Positions 15,016 through 25,879 of a stretch of DNA of 64,000 nucleotides are shown piece after piece. A program made the position numbers and the translations under genes. Within the stretch, counting starts at the first letter, position 1, and each line of letters begins with the position of its first letter. Source of the DNA: Spirochaetia bacterium (GTDB lineage: Bacteria > Spirochaetota > Spirochaetia > SZUA-6 > Bin103); the NCBI GenBank assembly GCA_965208575.1, contig CBDBOV010000001.1:256001-320000 (forward strand). The letters are read 5' to 3'. The notes below the pieces were generated by a model, which saw only the letters and a list, made by a program, of their open reading frames with translations, was not told the origin of the DNA and did not search any database.

Positions 15016-16347
15016 ATGTCCCGAAATGCTCGAACCGGTATCGCTCTCGCGGCGGTGTTGATCCTGGCCGCGCCGGTGTTGTGGGCCGGCGGCCGCGGGG
15101 AGGGCAGCGTGCCCGAGGGGCCGGCGGAGATCGTCGCCTGGCTGCGCGGCGGTCCCGGCGGCGTGGAGTGGTTCGAACGCAACGCCCAGGAGTACATGGA
15201 GGCGCATCCGCAGGTGACGCTGCGCATGGAGCACCAGGGCGGCAGCCACTCCGACTACGGCGCCAAGCTGCGGCTGTCGCACCGCGCGGGAACCGGACCC
15301 GACATCATCCACGAGCCGCACGACGTCAACCTGACGTCGCTCATGTCCGCCGGGTTCACCGCGCCCGCGCCGGACTACATCGTGGCGATCATCGAAGAGG
15401 AGACGATTGCCCAGAACGCGCTGATGTTCCAGCACCTCGACGGCGATCCGGAGAAGCCGATCCACGCGGCCCTGATCACCTGGCAGTGCCAGCAGTATCT
15501 CTATAACCGCGACTACCTGGCGGAGGCCGGGCTCCCCGAGCGCGGCGCCGTGGACCGGGACGAGTTCCGCGACTGGGCCAGGAAGCTCACCGTACGCGAC
15601 GCCAACGGCAACATGGTGCGCGCCGGCTACACGTTCAAGATGCCCAACCCGCACTGGCACATGTCGCCGTGGGTGTTCGGCGCCGGCGGCACCTACCTGA
15701 ACGCGGATCAGACCGCCGCCGCGGTGACCACGCCGGAGGGCCGCGCCGCCTGGGAGCGCGCCATGAAGTACATCTACGACATCACCTGGGAGGACGGTTC
15801 GGGCGACTTCGGCGCGGGCAATCCGCGCGAGCTGTTCTGGAACGGCGACGTGGCCATCCACGCCGAGGGCATCTACGAGATCGCCCACCTGCACCGCAAC
15901 GCGCCGGAGCTCGACTACATCCTGGACAACATCCCCAAGGACACCTACTCCAGCCCGGTGTGCGCGGTCGGCGGCATCTCGGTGTCCAGCAAGTCCGAGA
16001 ACCCGGAGGTGGCGTGGGACTTTCTGCGCTTCTCGCTGCAGCCGGAGCGCCACAAGACGCTGTTCGATCCCAAGAGCGAGAGCCAGCTTTCGCCCTACAA
16101 GACCACGGCGGAACTGGTGGCGCACGATCATCCGGCGTGGGAAACGTTCCTGCAGCAGCCCAACCGCCGCCTGCGCATGCAGGGCCTGGGCGCCAACGAG
16201 GCGTGGCAGGAGGTGGGGCGCGCGGTGGAGGCGTACCTGTCGCAGGCGAAGAGCCTGGACCAGAGCCTGGACGACCTGGCCGCCGCGTTCGAGAAGATCA
16301 TGGAGGATCGTCCGATCCGGGAGCTGCCGATCACCTACGAGGAGTAA
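15016..16347 (+). CDS. carbohydrate ABC transporter substrate-binding protein
   Basis: Signal peptide ending WAGG, GPDI, YLYNRD, AWDFLRF; strong RBS; followed by two permeases. Confidence 0.9.
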   Translation: MSRNARTGIALAAVLILAAPVLWAGGRGEGSVPEGPAEIVAWLRGGPGGVEWFERNAQEYMEAHPQVTLRMEHQGGSHSDYGAKLRLSHRAGTGPDIIHEPHDVNLTSLMSAGFTAPAPDYIVAIIEEETIAQNALMFQHLDGDPEKPIHAALITWQCQQYLYNRDYLAEAGLPERGAVDRDEFRDWARKLTVRDANGNMVRAGYTFKMPNPHWHMSPWVFGAGGTYLNADQTAAAVTTPEGRAAWERAMKYIYDITWEDGSGDFGAGNPRELFWNGDVAIHAEGIYEIAHLHRNAPELDYILDNIPKDTYSSPVCAVGGISVSSKSENPEVAWDFLRFSLQPERHKTLFDPKSESQLSPYKTTAELVAHDHPAWETFLQQPNRRLRMQGLGANEAWQEVGRAVEAYLSQAKSLDQSLDDLAAAFEKIMEDRPIRELPITYEE

Positions 16348-16583
16348 CAGGCAGTACGGCGGCTCTGTGGCACCGAGGCCCATGAACGCCCGCATCCGCT
16401 CACCGTTCGAGTGGGCCTGCGTTCTCGGATCAGGCACGGTGACTCCGTGACCCCGACCCGGCCGCGCGGCCCGATGGCCGCGCGGCGCCAATCGGAATGC
16501 GCCGCCGGCCTCCGGAGCCGGTGCCGTGCGGCGCCGATGAGCGGGCGGCGCGGGCCTTCGGGCGCGCGCTGCTGCGAGCGACG

Positions 16584-17507
16584 ATGAGCACTGCCGTCAG
16601 ACACGACCGCAGCCGCCGCCTGAACCGGGAGCTGATCACTACCTGGGTGATCGTGGCGGTGCTGATGGCGTACTTCGCGTTGCGCCACTTCTATCCCACC
16701 CTGTTCGCGTTCTTCGTCAGCTTCAACAAGTACGACCTGCTGACCGGCGCGTTCTCGTTCGTCGGCATCGACAACTACATCGACACGTTCACCGACCAGC
16801 GCTCGCTGAGGTCGATCGCCAACACCTCGATCTACGTGGTGGGCAACGTGGTCGGCGACACCCTGCTGGGGCTGATCTTCGCCCTGCTCCTGGACCGCCT
16901 GGGCAGGGGCTCGGTGGTGCTGCGCACGATCTACTTCATGCCGGTGGTGGTGTCGGTGGTGGCGCTGTCGCAACTGTGGATCTGGATCTACCACCGCGAC
17001 CTGGGCCTGCTGAACTGGGCGCTGTCGATGGTCGGGATCGGCAAGATCGGCTGGCTGGTGGACACCCGCTACGCGCTGTCCTCGATCATCATCATGAACG
17101 TGTGGCGCGAGATGGGGTTTGCGCTGGTGATCTTCATGGCCGGCCTGAAGACGATACCCGAGCACTTCTACGACGCCGCCCGGGTGGACGGGGCAAGCGC
17201 CTGGCAGGTGGCGCGCCGGGTGACGATTCCGCTGCTGACGCCGATCACGCTGCTGGTGGTGGTGGTCAACACCATCGGCGCGTTCAAGGTGTTCACCCAG
17301 GTGTTCGTGATGGGCCAGCAGGGCGGCACCTACTTCGGCGGGCCGATGAACAGCACGCTGACCATCGTGCTGAAGATCTACGAGACCTCGTTCACGGACT
17401 TCCGGATCGGGGTCGGCCAGTCGCTCGCGTTCGTGCTGACCGCCATCGTGGTGGTGATCACCACCATTCAGCGCAAGGCGTTCAAGCGCTTCGACTATGA
17501 CTACTGA
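16584..17507 (+). CDS. carbohydrate ABC transporter permease (MalF/UgpA-like)
   Basis: FVGIDNY and YDAARVDGAS EAA loop. Confidence 0.92.
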   Translation: MSTAVRHDRSRRLNRELITTWVIVAVLMAYFALRHFYPTLFAFFVSFNKYDLLTGAFSFVGIDNYIDTFTDQRSLRSIANTSIYVVGNVVGDTLLGLIFALLLDRLGRGSVVLRTIYFMPVVVSVVALSQLWIWIYHRDLGLLNWALSMVGIGKIGWLVDTRYALSSIIIMNVWREMGFALVIFMAGLKTIPEHFYDAARVDGASAWQVARRVTIPLLTPITLLVVVVNTIGAFKVFTQVFVMGQQGGTYFGGPMNSTLTIVLKIYETSFTDFRIGVGQSLAFVLTAIVVVITTIQRKAFKRFDYDY

Positions 17508-17510
17508 GCG

Positions 17511-18386
17511 ATGAGCACCGAGATCCCCCGCTTCGACGATGTCTCCCGGGCCGCGGTCGTGGGACGCGCCGCGATCTCGCCGGTGCGGATGATCGTGTAC
17601 CTGGTGCTGGGCGTGGTGGCGGTGATCTACATCACGCCGTTCTACTGGATGATCGCCTCGGCCATCAAACCGCAGAGCGAGATGTTCAAGTTCCCGCCCA
17701 CGCTGATCCCGCAAACGGTCACGCTGGACAACTTCCTGCGCGTGTTCGAGGTGATTCCGCTGGGGCGGGCGTACTGGAATACGTTCTACACCACGCTCTA
17801 CATCGTGGTGTGTCAGCTCCTGTTCTGCTCGGTGGCCGGCTACATCTTCGAGAAAGGGCGGTTCCGGTTCCGGGAGCTGTGCTTCACGCTGATCCTGGTC
17901 ACCATGATCATCCCGTTCCAGTCGGAGATGGTGCCGCTGTTCCTGCTGATGAGCGACCTGGGGCTGGTGGACACCCACGCCGCCATCGTGCTGCCGTCGA
18001 TCATCACGCCGTTCGCGGTGTTCTTCTTCCGGCAGAACGTGAAGAGCATTCCCGACGACCTGCTGGACGCGGCCCGCATCGACGGCAGCGGCGTGCTCGG
18101 GCGCTACTGGCACGTGGTGGTGCCGAACATCAAGCCGGCCATCGGCACCATTACCATCTTCGCCTTCCTGGGGGCCTGGAACAACTTCCTGTGGCCGCTG
18201 ATCATCCTCAACTCGCGCAAGAAGATGCTGATCGAGCAGGTGCTGTCGGTGCTGACCGCGGAGTTCGCCCAGGAGCCGGCGGCGCGCATGGCGGCGGCGA
18301 CCATGGCGGTGGTGCCGATCCTGCTGGTGTTCTTCTTCTCGCAGCGCTACTTCGTGCGCGGCATCGCCCTCACCGGCCTGAAGTAG
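17511..18386 (+). CDS. carbohydrate ABC transporter permease (MalG/UgpE-like)
   Basis: LLDAARIDG EAA loop, WNNFLWP, QRYFVRGI. Confidence 0.93.
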   Translation: MSTEIPRFDDVSRAAVVGRAAISPVRMIVYLVLGVVAVIYITPFYWMIASAIKPQSEMFKFPPTLIPQTVTLDNFLRVFEVIPLGRAYWNTFYTTLYIVVCQLLFCSVAGYIFEKGRFRFRELCFTLILVTMIIPFQSEMVPLFLLMSDLGLVDTHAAIVLPSIITPFAVFFFRQNVKSIPDDLLDAARIDGSGVLGRYWHVVVPNIKPAIGTITIFAFLGAWNNFLWPLIILNSRKKMLIEQVLSVLTAEFAQEPAARMAAATMAVVPILLVFFFSQRYFVRGIALTGLK

Positions 18387-18484
18387 CGCCGCGCCCGCGC
18401 GGCGCGCCGGCGGACCGCATCGCCCGAACCGGCGGCGTACCACGTGCGACGCGGGACGGCGGCGGGTGGTAGGATCGGCGGCGA

Positions 18485-19460
18485 ATGGTACGGGTGGCGA
18501 TGATCGGGGCGGGCAGGATGGCGAACAGCGTGCATTATCCGTCGCTGGCTTCGTTCGACGACGTGGAGTTCGCTTCGGTGTGCGACCTGGACGAGGAACG
18601 GCTGGCCGCCACCGCGGACCGGTACGGCATCGAGCGGCGCTATACCGACTACCGCCGCATGGTGGAAGAGGTAGCACCCGACGGCGTATACGCGATCGGG
18701 CAGCCGAACATCATGTTCGACGTCTGGATCTGGTGCCTGCAGCAGGGCCTGAACCTGTACATCGAGAAGCCGATGGGCTTGAGCCGCCACCAGGCGATCG
18801 TGCTCGCGGACCTGGCCGAGAAGCGGGGCGTGATCACCCAGGTCAACCACCAGCGGCGCAGCGCACCGCTCCTGGTGCGGATGCGCGACGAGTGCCTGCG
18901 GCGCGGCCCGATTACCCACGCGGTGTGCGAGTTCTTCAAGTGCGAGCCGGTGCCGCGCTACCACACGCGCGACCACATGATGGACGACTGCACCCACTCG
19001 ATCGACACGGTGCGCTGGATGTGCGGCGGCGAGGTGACCGGCGTGGACAGCCGTTGCCGGCGCATCGGCACGCCGGACATCAACTGGATCGGCGCCATGC
19101 TGCACTTCGACAACGGCGCCACCGGATTCGTGATCAACAGTTGGACCAGCGGGCGGCGCGTGTTCCGGGTACAGATGCATGCCCCTTCCGTGTATGTCGA
19201 CGCCGAGGTGGAGGGTACGGCGAGGCTGTACGCCGACGGCGACCGCGAGGGAGCGGCCTACGACACGCGGGCGGTCGCCGGCAGCGACGAACGGTTCGTG
19301 TATGGTGGCCACCGCGCCAAGAACCGCGAGTTCATCGACTCGATCAAGAGACTCGATCAAGAGCGGCCGCGACGTGACCACCTCGCCCTTTCGCGACTGC
19401 ATCAAGACCATGGACGTAGCCGAACGCATCCTGGCCCGCGCCACCCTGGCCGGCGAGTGA
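18485..19460 (+). pseudogene. Gfo/Idh/MocA oxidoreductase with a C-terminal frameshift
   Basis: IGAGRMA and IEKPM motifs; 13-bp tandem duplication at 19338-19363 shifts the frame; the plausible native C-terminus ends at TGA 19460 and the shifted ORF ends at 19495. Confidence 0.75.
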
Positions 19461-19475
19461 TTTCGGGCGGCTCCA

Positions 19476-19700
19476 ATCAAGTACCCGTAAAGTAAAATAA
19501 ATACTTATCTGGTAAATGGCTACGTCGCATCCGAGGGGTCTGGTCAACTTCTCAGTCAAGTAAACCTGGGGCTATCACGACCGGTGTCGCGCGAGACCAC
19601 GGAGGAGTCTCGATCAAGTACCCGTCAAGTAAACTAATTCGTTATATAATAACGATATATACAAGTTAATGAGGGTCTGGTCACGGCACCGATCAAGTAG
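19476..19700. repeat. two degenerate ~85-90-bp direct repeats carrying TCAAGTA motifs
   Basis: atcaagtacccgt(a/c)aagtaaa...gggtctggtca-N8-(g/a)tcaagta at 19476 and 19613; AT-rich. Confidence 0.7.
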
Positions 19701-19708
19701 AATCGGCA

Positions 19709-20809
19709 CTATAAGGCTTTCGACTGCTCCGACGATGCCCAGAACGGTATGTACTCGCGGTTCTTGAGCGACGCCTCGGGAAGCCGGATGGAGACGAGGC
19801 CAGACTCGACCGCCTCACGGATCAGGCGTGATGCCATCGCCCGGTTCTTCTCATCGATTCCGAACCGCTTGCGAATCGACGTGTTGGTCATGCTCCCTCT
19901 CTGTACGTACTTCAGGCAGGCATGCAGGTAGCAGGCGCGTTCGCGTTCACTCTTGTCCATATCGGCCAGGGCCTTGTGGGCGAACAAGACCACCCGTGTG
20001 AAGTTCGGAGGAGTCTCGAAGAGTGGTGCCGGAAGCTGGTGGCGTTCTATCTCGAATACCACCTTGTCGATGCCGCTGCCACGCTCCTCGCAGATCCGGA
20101 AGCGACGCATGAGCGAGGCAAGGACCTCGTTGCGAGACCGCGGCGGGCTGTCGAGGAAGCGTTGCGTATCCAACAGCGGCTCACCAGGGTTTGTGATCTC
20201 GATGCGGCCTGGGAAGACCTCGACCATCGGCCCGGTGCCGGTCGCCAGGAAATCCTGGTGGATCAAGGCATTGGCCACCAGTTCCCTCACCGCGATCTCC
20301 GGGAACGCCGGCACGGTCTGCCGGAGTGCTTGGCCGATAATCTCGCTTTCCGGCAGCCTGGCGTTGATGTAGCCGACCAGATTCTTGAAGCCTGCTGCGT
20401 AGCCTCTGAAGCCTTCCCGTTCCTTCAGCGTCTCAGTACGGCCCGAGCCACGGTACTCGATCACTCGAACGGCCTTACGTTCCAACGACCGAAAGTCGCC
20501 GAGATTACGGGCCAGCAGCATGGCGCCCAGATTGGTGATGTCGAAGCCGCCGGCCGCGCTGGGAGCGATCAACCGATCCTGCTGGAGCACATCAAGGATA
20601 GCGGCGTGGCCGTCCGGCAGCGGCGTATCGAGCAGCTCGAAGTACGCGGGGTAGTCGAGCTTGGTTAGGACGTTCTCACCGCTCAGCCGCTCGGCCGCGA
20701 TGCCGTCTTCGAAGCCCACGCGATCGAACACCCGCCACAGAGCCCGTTCCTTCTCCGGGAATTCCTTGAGCTCCCTCTTGGCACCACAACGCGAACCCCG
20801 CTGGCGCAT
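19709..20809 (-). pseudogene. 5'-truncated ATP-binding regulator (RecG-C/HATPase_c_4 plus wHTH; AlbA_2 domain absent)
   Basis: RELVANALIHQD, EITNPG, RN..LA, CEERGSGIDK, C-terminal YIPFWA; homologous-looking sequence begins abruptly at LKEFPEKER next to the sulfatase stop. Confidence 0.75.
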
Positions 20810-20826
20810 GGACAGGGCCGCGTGGG

Positions 20827-22239
20827 TCAGTCGTAGACGGCGCGGACCCAGGGGTCGCCGGTGGGTACGGGGAGCAGGGTGCGGGGGTTGTCGACGCGGC
20901 CGGCGGGGCGGCAGCCGGAGCCGGTGATGGCGGTGCGGGCGTCGCCGAGGTCGTCGCGGGCGGCGTCGGCGCGGTCCTGCAGTTCGCGCACCACCGCGGG
21001 GTGGCGGGTGAACAGGTTGGTGGTCTCGCCGGCGTCGGCGTCCAGGTCGTACAGCTCGTCCTTGTCCAGGTGCAGCTTCCAGCGCCCGGCGCGGATGGCG
21101 TCGAGGCTGCGGGTGCCGGCGCCGTAGTACAGGAACTGCTCGTGCGGGGTGGCGGCGCCGGGCTCGCCGGTGAGCAGCGGGCCGATGTCGGCGCCGTCGA
21201 CGATGCGGTCGCGCGGCTCGCCGGTGCCGGCCATGCGGGCCAGGGTGGGCAGCAGGTCGAGCGTGCAGCACAGTTCGTCGCAGGTGGCGCCGGACGGCAC
21301 CAGGCCCGGCCCCCAGGCGATGAACGGTTCGCGCATGCCGCCCTCCCAGGTGCTGCCCTTGCCGCCGCGCAGCGGCCGGTTGCTGCCGACGCCGCCGCGG
21401 CTCAGGCGCATGGCGTCCACGCCGCCGGGGGTGCGCGGCACGCCGGCGCCGTTGTCGGAGGTGAACAGCACGATGGTGTTGTCGTCGAGCCCGAGGTCGC
21501 GCAGCGTGTCGAGAATGGCCCCGGTGGTGAAGTCGAGGTGGGACACGGCGGCGCCGTACGGGCCGTTGCGGGACGCGGCGTGGTAGTTCATCGGGGTGTA
21601 GATCGGCACGTGCACGTACATGTGCGCGAGGTACAGGAAGAACGGCCGGTCGCGGTTGTCGTGGATGAAGCGCAGCGCGTCGACCAGGTAGCGGTCGGTG
21701 AGGGACACCTGGTTGGGGTCGGTTTCCACCACCTTGTCCCGGCGCATCAGCATGAGGGGCGGAAACGGCTTCTGGCCCGGGATGCGCAGGTCGGGCAGCA
21801 TGTCGTTGCTGTAGGGGAGGCCGAAGTAGTCGTCGAAGCCGTGCCGGTCGGGCAGGAACTCGGGCTGGTCGCCGAGGTGCCACTTGCCCACGATCTTGGT
21901 GGCGTAGCCCTGCCCGCGCAGCAGGGCGGCGATGGTCACCTCGTCGGGGGACAGCCCGATCGGGTCGCCGGGCAGCAGGACCACGAAGGTCTCCCCGCTG
22001 TCGAGCCCGACGCGCTTCGGGTAGCAGCCGGTGAGCAATCCGGCCCGCGACGGCGAGCACACCGGCGAGGGCACGTAGAAGCTGGTGAAGCGGGTGCCCT
22101 CCGCCGCCATGCGGTCCAGGCGCGGCGTGTCATGGTCGCGCGACCCGTAGCAGCCCAGGTCGCCGTAGCCGAGGTCGTCGCAGAAGATGACCACGAAGTT
22201 GGGGGTGCGCGGTTGATCGGAACCGGATTGCTGCGCCAT
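20827..22239 (-). CDS. arylsulfatase A-like sulfatase (Cys-type)
   Basis: DDLGYGD, CSPSRAGLLTG, GKWHLG, SDNG, WEGGMR. Confidence 0.95.
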   Translation of the reverse strand: MAQQSGSDQPRTPNFVVIFCDDLGYGDLGCYGSRDHDTPRLDRMAAEGTRFTSFYVPSPVCSPSRAGLLTGCYPKRVGLDSGETFVVLLPGDPIGLSPDEVTIAALLRGQGYATKIVGKWHLGDQPEFLPDRHGFDDYFGLPYSNDMLPDLRIPGQKPFPPLMLMRRDKVVETDPNQVSLTDRYLVDALRFIHDNRDRPFFLYLAHMYVHVPIYTPMNYHAASRNGPYGAAVSHLDFTTGAILDTLRDLGLDDNTIVLFTSDNGAGVPRTPGGVDAMRLSRGGVGSNRPLRGGKGSTWEGGMREPFIAWGPGLVPSGATCDELCCTLDLLPTLARMAGTGEPRDRIVDGADIGPLLTGEPGAATPHEQFLYYGAGTRSLDAIRAGRWKLHLDKDELYDLDADAGETTNLFTRHPAVVRELQDRADAARDDLGDARTAITGSGCRPAGRVDNPRTLLPVPTGDPWVRAVYD

Positions 22240-22490
22240 GCGGCCTCCTGTCGCGGCCGATGGGGAACACCGGCTGCACCGAAGTGCGTCGCCGGCTTGA
22301 CCACTGGCTGCCATGCGCCGAGCCTACCACATGGAGTCCGTGGCACGGAGCGGGCGAGCGGGCGAGCGGGCGAGCGGGCCGGCGCTGCGCGCGGCGCGGC
22401 GGCGGGCGCGGTCAGCCACGACCGCCGTGGCCGCCGCGCTGTTGACTGTTTCGGACAGCTTGTCTCTAATTGATCCAGGAGGACTATCGG

Positions 22491-23018
22491 ATGGTACTCA
22501 GCAAGAGGATTCTGGCGGCGGCAGCAGTGGCGGTTGCCGCGGTAGCGGCGCCGGTCGCGGCGGTGGCCGACATGGCGGCCGCGGAGATGATCGATACCGA
22601 CGGCGCCGTAATCGGCACGGCCACGTTCGAGCAGACGCCGCACGGCGTACTGATGAACGTCGAGATAGCGGGACTGCCGCCGGGTGCGCATGGCATCCAC
22701 CTGCATGCCGTCGGCGCCTGCACGCCGGACTTCACGGCGGCAACCGGACACATCAACCCGAACGGAATGGAGCATGGCCTGCGCAATCCGGCGGGCCCGG
22801 ACAACGGCGACCTGCCCAACCTGTTCGTGCACGCCGACGGCTCCGCGCGGGCGGAGTTCTTCACCGTCCTGGTGTCGGTGTCCGGAGGCGAGATGCCGGC
22901 CCTGCTGGACGAGGACGGCTCGGCGGTGATCATCCACGAGAACCCCGACGATCACCTCACCCAGCCGATCGGCGGCGCCGGCGGGCGCATCTCCTGCGGC
23001 GTAATAGAGGCAATGTGA
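22491..23018 (+). CDS. sodC: Cu/Zn superoxide dismutase family, exported
   Basis: Signal peptide, HGIHLH, GDLPN, IIHE.PDD, GGRISCGVI; GGAGG RBS. Confidence 0.9.
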   Translation: MVLSKRILAAAAVAVAAVAAPVAAVADMAAAEMIDTDGAVIGTATFEQTPHGVLMNVEIAGLPPGAHGIHLHAVGACTPDFTAATGHINPNGMEHGLRNPAGPDNGDLPNLFVHADGSARAEFFTVLVSVSGGEMPALLDEDGSAVIIHENPDDHLTQPIGGAGGRISCGVIEAM

Positions 23019-23394
23019 CGCCAGACCGGGCGTCCGGGACCTGACGTGGCGCGGGCGGCAGGATGGTGCCGGCCGCGCTTCCACCGCACCCCCGACACCG
23101 GCAACCGGCTCGGCCTCGATCGGGAACTTCGTACCGCGCGCGGGAGCGTACCACGGCCCGCGCCACCGTCGCACCTGCGCCTGCCGGTGATCCCGCACGC
23201 GCCGCACTGAGCGGGCGCTCCGGCACCGAGCGCTCGCCGCTTACCGGGCGGCCACGGTGGCGGCGGCGCCGGCGGGGCTCACCGCGCCTCGCCCCGGCTC
23301 GCCCCAACCTTGCATTGCCGGGGCGACCGGGTATCATGAGAGGCGGTCCTCACCTGCTTCGGCGGGGCGGACCGCAGAATTCACGGAGGATCCC

Positions 23395-25461
23395 ATGAGA
23401 GTTGTACGTTCATTCATGCTCGTCGCGTCCCTGGTGACGCTCGCCGTGGCGCCGGCGTTCGCCGCCGCGGCGTCCGAGGAGTCGGCGGCAGACACGGCGG
23501 CCGCGTCGGTTGCCATGACCGGCACCGACATCGTCAAGGTGGCGGGGCGGTACACGGTGAAGGAGAGCTGGCTGCTGGCGCCCACCGCGTCGCAGGTCGG
23601 CATCAGCACGTTCAGCGAGGCGCCGATGCTGGCCGCCATGGTGCAGAGCGGGGAGTTGCCGCCGGTAGCCGAGCGGCTGCCGGACGATCCGCTGGTGCTG
23701 GAGCCGTACGAGCAGACCGGCAGCTACGGCGGCGAGCTGCGCGCGGCGCGCACCGGGCCGTCCGACTGGGGCGACATGCACCGCGGACGCAAGGCGTTCC
23801 TGTTCCGGGCCGACCCCACGCTCAACGAAGCGATCCCGTACGCCGCCAAGGCGTGGGAGATGTCCGACGACCAGACCGTGCTCACCATCCACCTGCGCGA
23901 GGGGATGAAGTGGTCGGACGGCGAGCCGTTCACCACCGCGGACTTCATGTGGCTGTATGAGAACGTGTTCCTGGACTACGACATTCCGTTCAGCGCCCGC
24001 AACAGGTTCACGATGGGGGGCGAACTCGCCGACTGGCAGGCGGACGGCGACTACACGCTGGTGATCACGTTCCCGGCGCCGCTCACGCTCAACAGCCGGA
24101 CCCTGCTGCTGAACTGGTCCCAAGTGCAATCGGGCCGGCTGTTCACCCCGGCGCACCACATGCGGCAGTTCCATCCCACGTTCAACGCCGACGCGGAGAA
24201 GCTCGCCGAGGAGGACGGCCACGACACCTGGGTCGCCGGCCTGATGGCACGCATGTCCGGCGCGCCCTCGCTGAAGCACCCGCGCCCGGAGCTGGCGCCG
24301 TGGGTCCAGGAGCGGCGTGACTCGACCGCCATCTTCTTTACCCGCAACCCGTACTTCTTCGCGGTCGACGGCGCCGGCAACCAGCTTCCCTACATCGACC
24401 GCGTCAAGGCGTCGTTCTTCGCCGACAAGCAGGTCGCGATCCTCGCCATGATGCAGGGCAAGGTGGACCTCGGCGGGCGCCTGACCGATCCGGGCAGCTT
24501 CCCGCTGTACAAGGAGAACGAAGAGATCGGCAACTACCGCGTGCTGGAGTGGCAGGACACCAAGGACTCGCGCGTCACGTTCGGGTTCAACCTGAACCAC
24601 CCGGACCCGGTGAAGGGCCCGATCTTCCTGGACAAGCGGTTCCGGCAGGCGATGTCGCTGGCGATGAACCGCGAGGAGATCAACGAGTTCGTGTTCCTGG
24701 GGCTGGCGACGCCGCAGCAGTACACCGTGGACGCCGGGGCGGCGTTCTACAATCCGGATTGGGCGCGCGCCTACGCCGACTACGACCCGCAAGGGGCGAT
24801 GGCGCTGCTCGATGAGATGGGCATGACCGACCGCGACGGCGACGGCTGGCGCGAGGCCCCCGGCGGCGAGGAGTTCATCCTGGAGATGCGCCCGCACACC
24901 AGCTCCGTGATCGGCACCATGGGCGACAACGTCAGCGAGCTGGCGCAGGCGTACTGGAACGAGATCGGCATCAGGACCAACTACAAGCAGGTGTCGGAGG
25001 AACTGTGGTTGGAGCAGGTGCTGGCCAACGAGCTGGACCTGTCGATCTGGATTTCGCAGTCGTCCCTGCCGGGACGCATCGGGCTGCCGCACATCGGCGA
25101 AGGCATCGTGGCGTACGCGCCCGAGTGGTACCAGTGGCTCCGACATCAACTGTGGATCGAGGGCGGACGGAAGGGCGAAGAGCCGGCCGCGGGAGTGGAG
25201 CCGACCGGCGAGTGGGGACGCTACATCGACCTGTGGCGGCAGTGGGTCGCCGCGCCCAACGCCGAGGAGTTCAACCGGGTCGGCACCGAGCTGTGGGACT
25301 TCCAGGCCGAGAATCTCGGCAACCTCGGCACGGTGGCGAAGGTGGTGCGTCCGATCATCATCAACAACCGGGTCCGCAACGTGCCGGAGGTGCTGCCGTT
25401 CTCGTTCGCCAGCTTCCTGTGGGTGCAGGCCGCGCCGGCCCAGTGGTACATCGAGGAATAG
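23395..25461 (+). CDS. peptide/nickel-type (family 5) ABC substrate-binding protein, orphan
   Basis: LPPVAERLP, LREGMKWSDGEPFT, NQLPYID, FRQAMSLAMNR; signal peptide and GGAGG RBS. Confidence 0.9.
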   Translation: MRVVRSFMLVASLVTLAVAPAFAAAASEESAADTAAASVAMTGTDIVKVAGRYTVKESWLLAPTASQVGISTFSEAPMLAAMVQSGELPPVAERLPDDPLVLEPYEQTGSYGGELRAARTGPSDWGDMHRGRKAFLFRADPTLNEAIPYAAKAWEMSDDQTVLTIHLREGMKWSDGEPFTTADFMWLYENVFLDYDIPFSARNRFTMGGELADWQADGDYTLVITFPAPLTLNSRTLLLNWSQVQSGRLFTPAHHMRQFHPTFNADAEKLAEEDGHDTWVAGLMARMSGAPSLKHPRPELAPWVQERRDSTAIFFTRNPYFFAVDGAGNQLPYIDRVKASFFADKQVAILAMMQGKVDLGGRLTDPGSFPLYKENEEIGNYRVLEWQDTKDSRVTFGFNLNHPDPVKGPIFLDKRFRQAMSLAMNREEINEFVFLGLATPQQYTVDAGAAFYNPDWARAYADYDPQGAMALLDEMGMTDRDGDGWREAPGGEEFILEMRPHTSSVIGTMGDNVSELAQAYWNEIGIRTNYKQVSEELWLEQVLANELDLSIWISQSSLPGRIGLPHIGEGIVAYAPEWYQWLRHQLWIEGGRKGEEPAAGVEPTGEWGRYIDLWRQWVAAPNAEEFNRVGTELWDFQAENLGNLGTVAKVVRPIIINNRVRNVPEVLPFSFASFLWVQAAPAQWYIEE

Positions 25462-25559
25462 CACTCCGGCACCCTTCCGCCTCGCGACGCCGCACCTTCC
25501 ACCCGAGGGTGCGGCGTTCTTCTTCTGGATGCCGTCCGTGACCTTGATCACCCCCATCG

Positions 25560-25588
25560 TGAGTCATATACTGAATCTATATGAATCA
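25560..25588. promoter_or_regulatory. inverted repeat, putative TA operator
   Basis: tgagtcatata-N7-tatatgaatca (one mismatch) just upstream of the antitoxin gene. Confidence 0.55.
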
Positions 25589-25615
25589 CGAAGTGACTCA
25601 CTCGGAGAGCACGTC

Positions 25616-25879
25616 ATGCAACAGTTGACCGTGCGAGGATTCGAGCCCGAGTTGGCGGACCGCATTCGCAGGCTCGCGCAGCAAGAACGAATCTCATTGA
25701 ATCAGGCGGTGCTGCGCCTCCTGCGGCGCGGAGCCGGTCTCGACCCGGATCAGGCGGCGGACGACACGGTGGGGACCTCCCTGGATCAATTCATCGGGAG
25801 TTGGACGGGCCGGCAGGCGGATGAGATGGACCGGGCGCTGGCGGACTTCGAAGGCATCGACGAGTCGATGTGGTCATGA
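25616..25879 (+). CDS. FitA/RHH-type antitoxin
   Basis: MQQLTVRGF...SLNQAVLRLL; ATGA overlap with the PIN gene. Confidence 0.85.
   Translation: MQQLTVRGFEPELADRIRRLAQQERISLNQAVLRLLRRGAGLDPDQAADDTVGTSLDQFIGSWTGRQADEMDRALADFEGIDESMWS

Noticed and set aside
20810-22060. 783-aa ORF suggesting a long N-terminus for the ATPase gene
   Set aside because: The upstream part is an alternative frame of the sulfatase gene with no protein-like signal.
22349-22378. 8-bp microsatellite (gcgggcga x3)
   Set aside because: Short GC-rich slippage repeat with no evidence of function.
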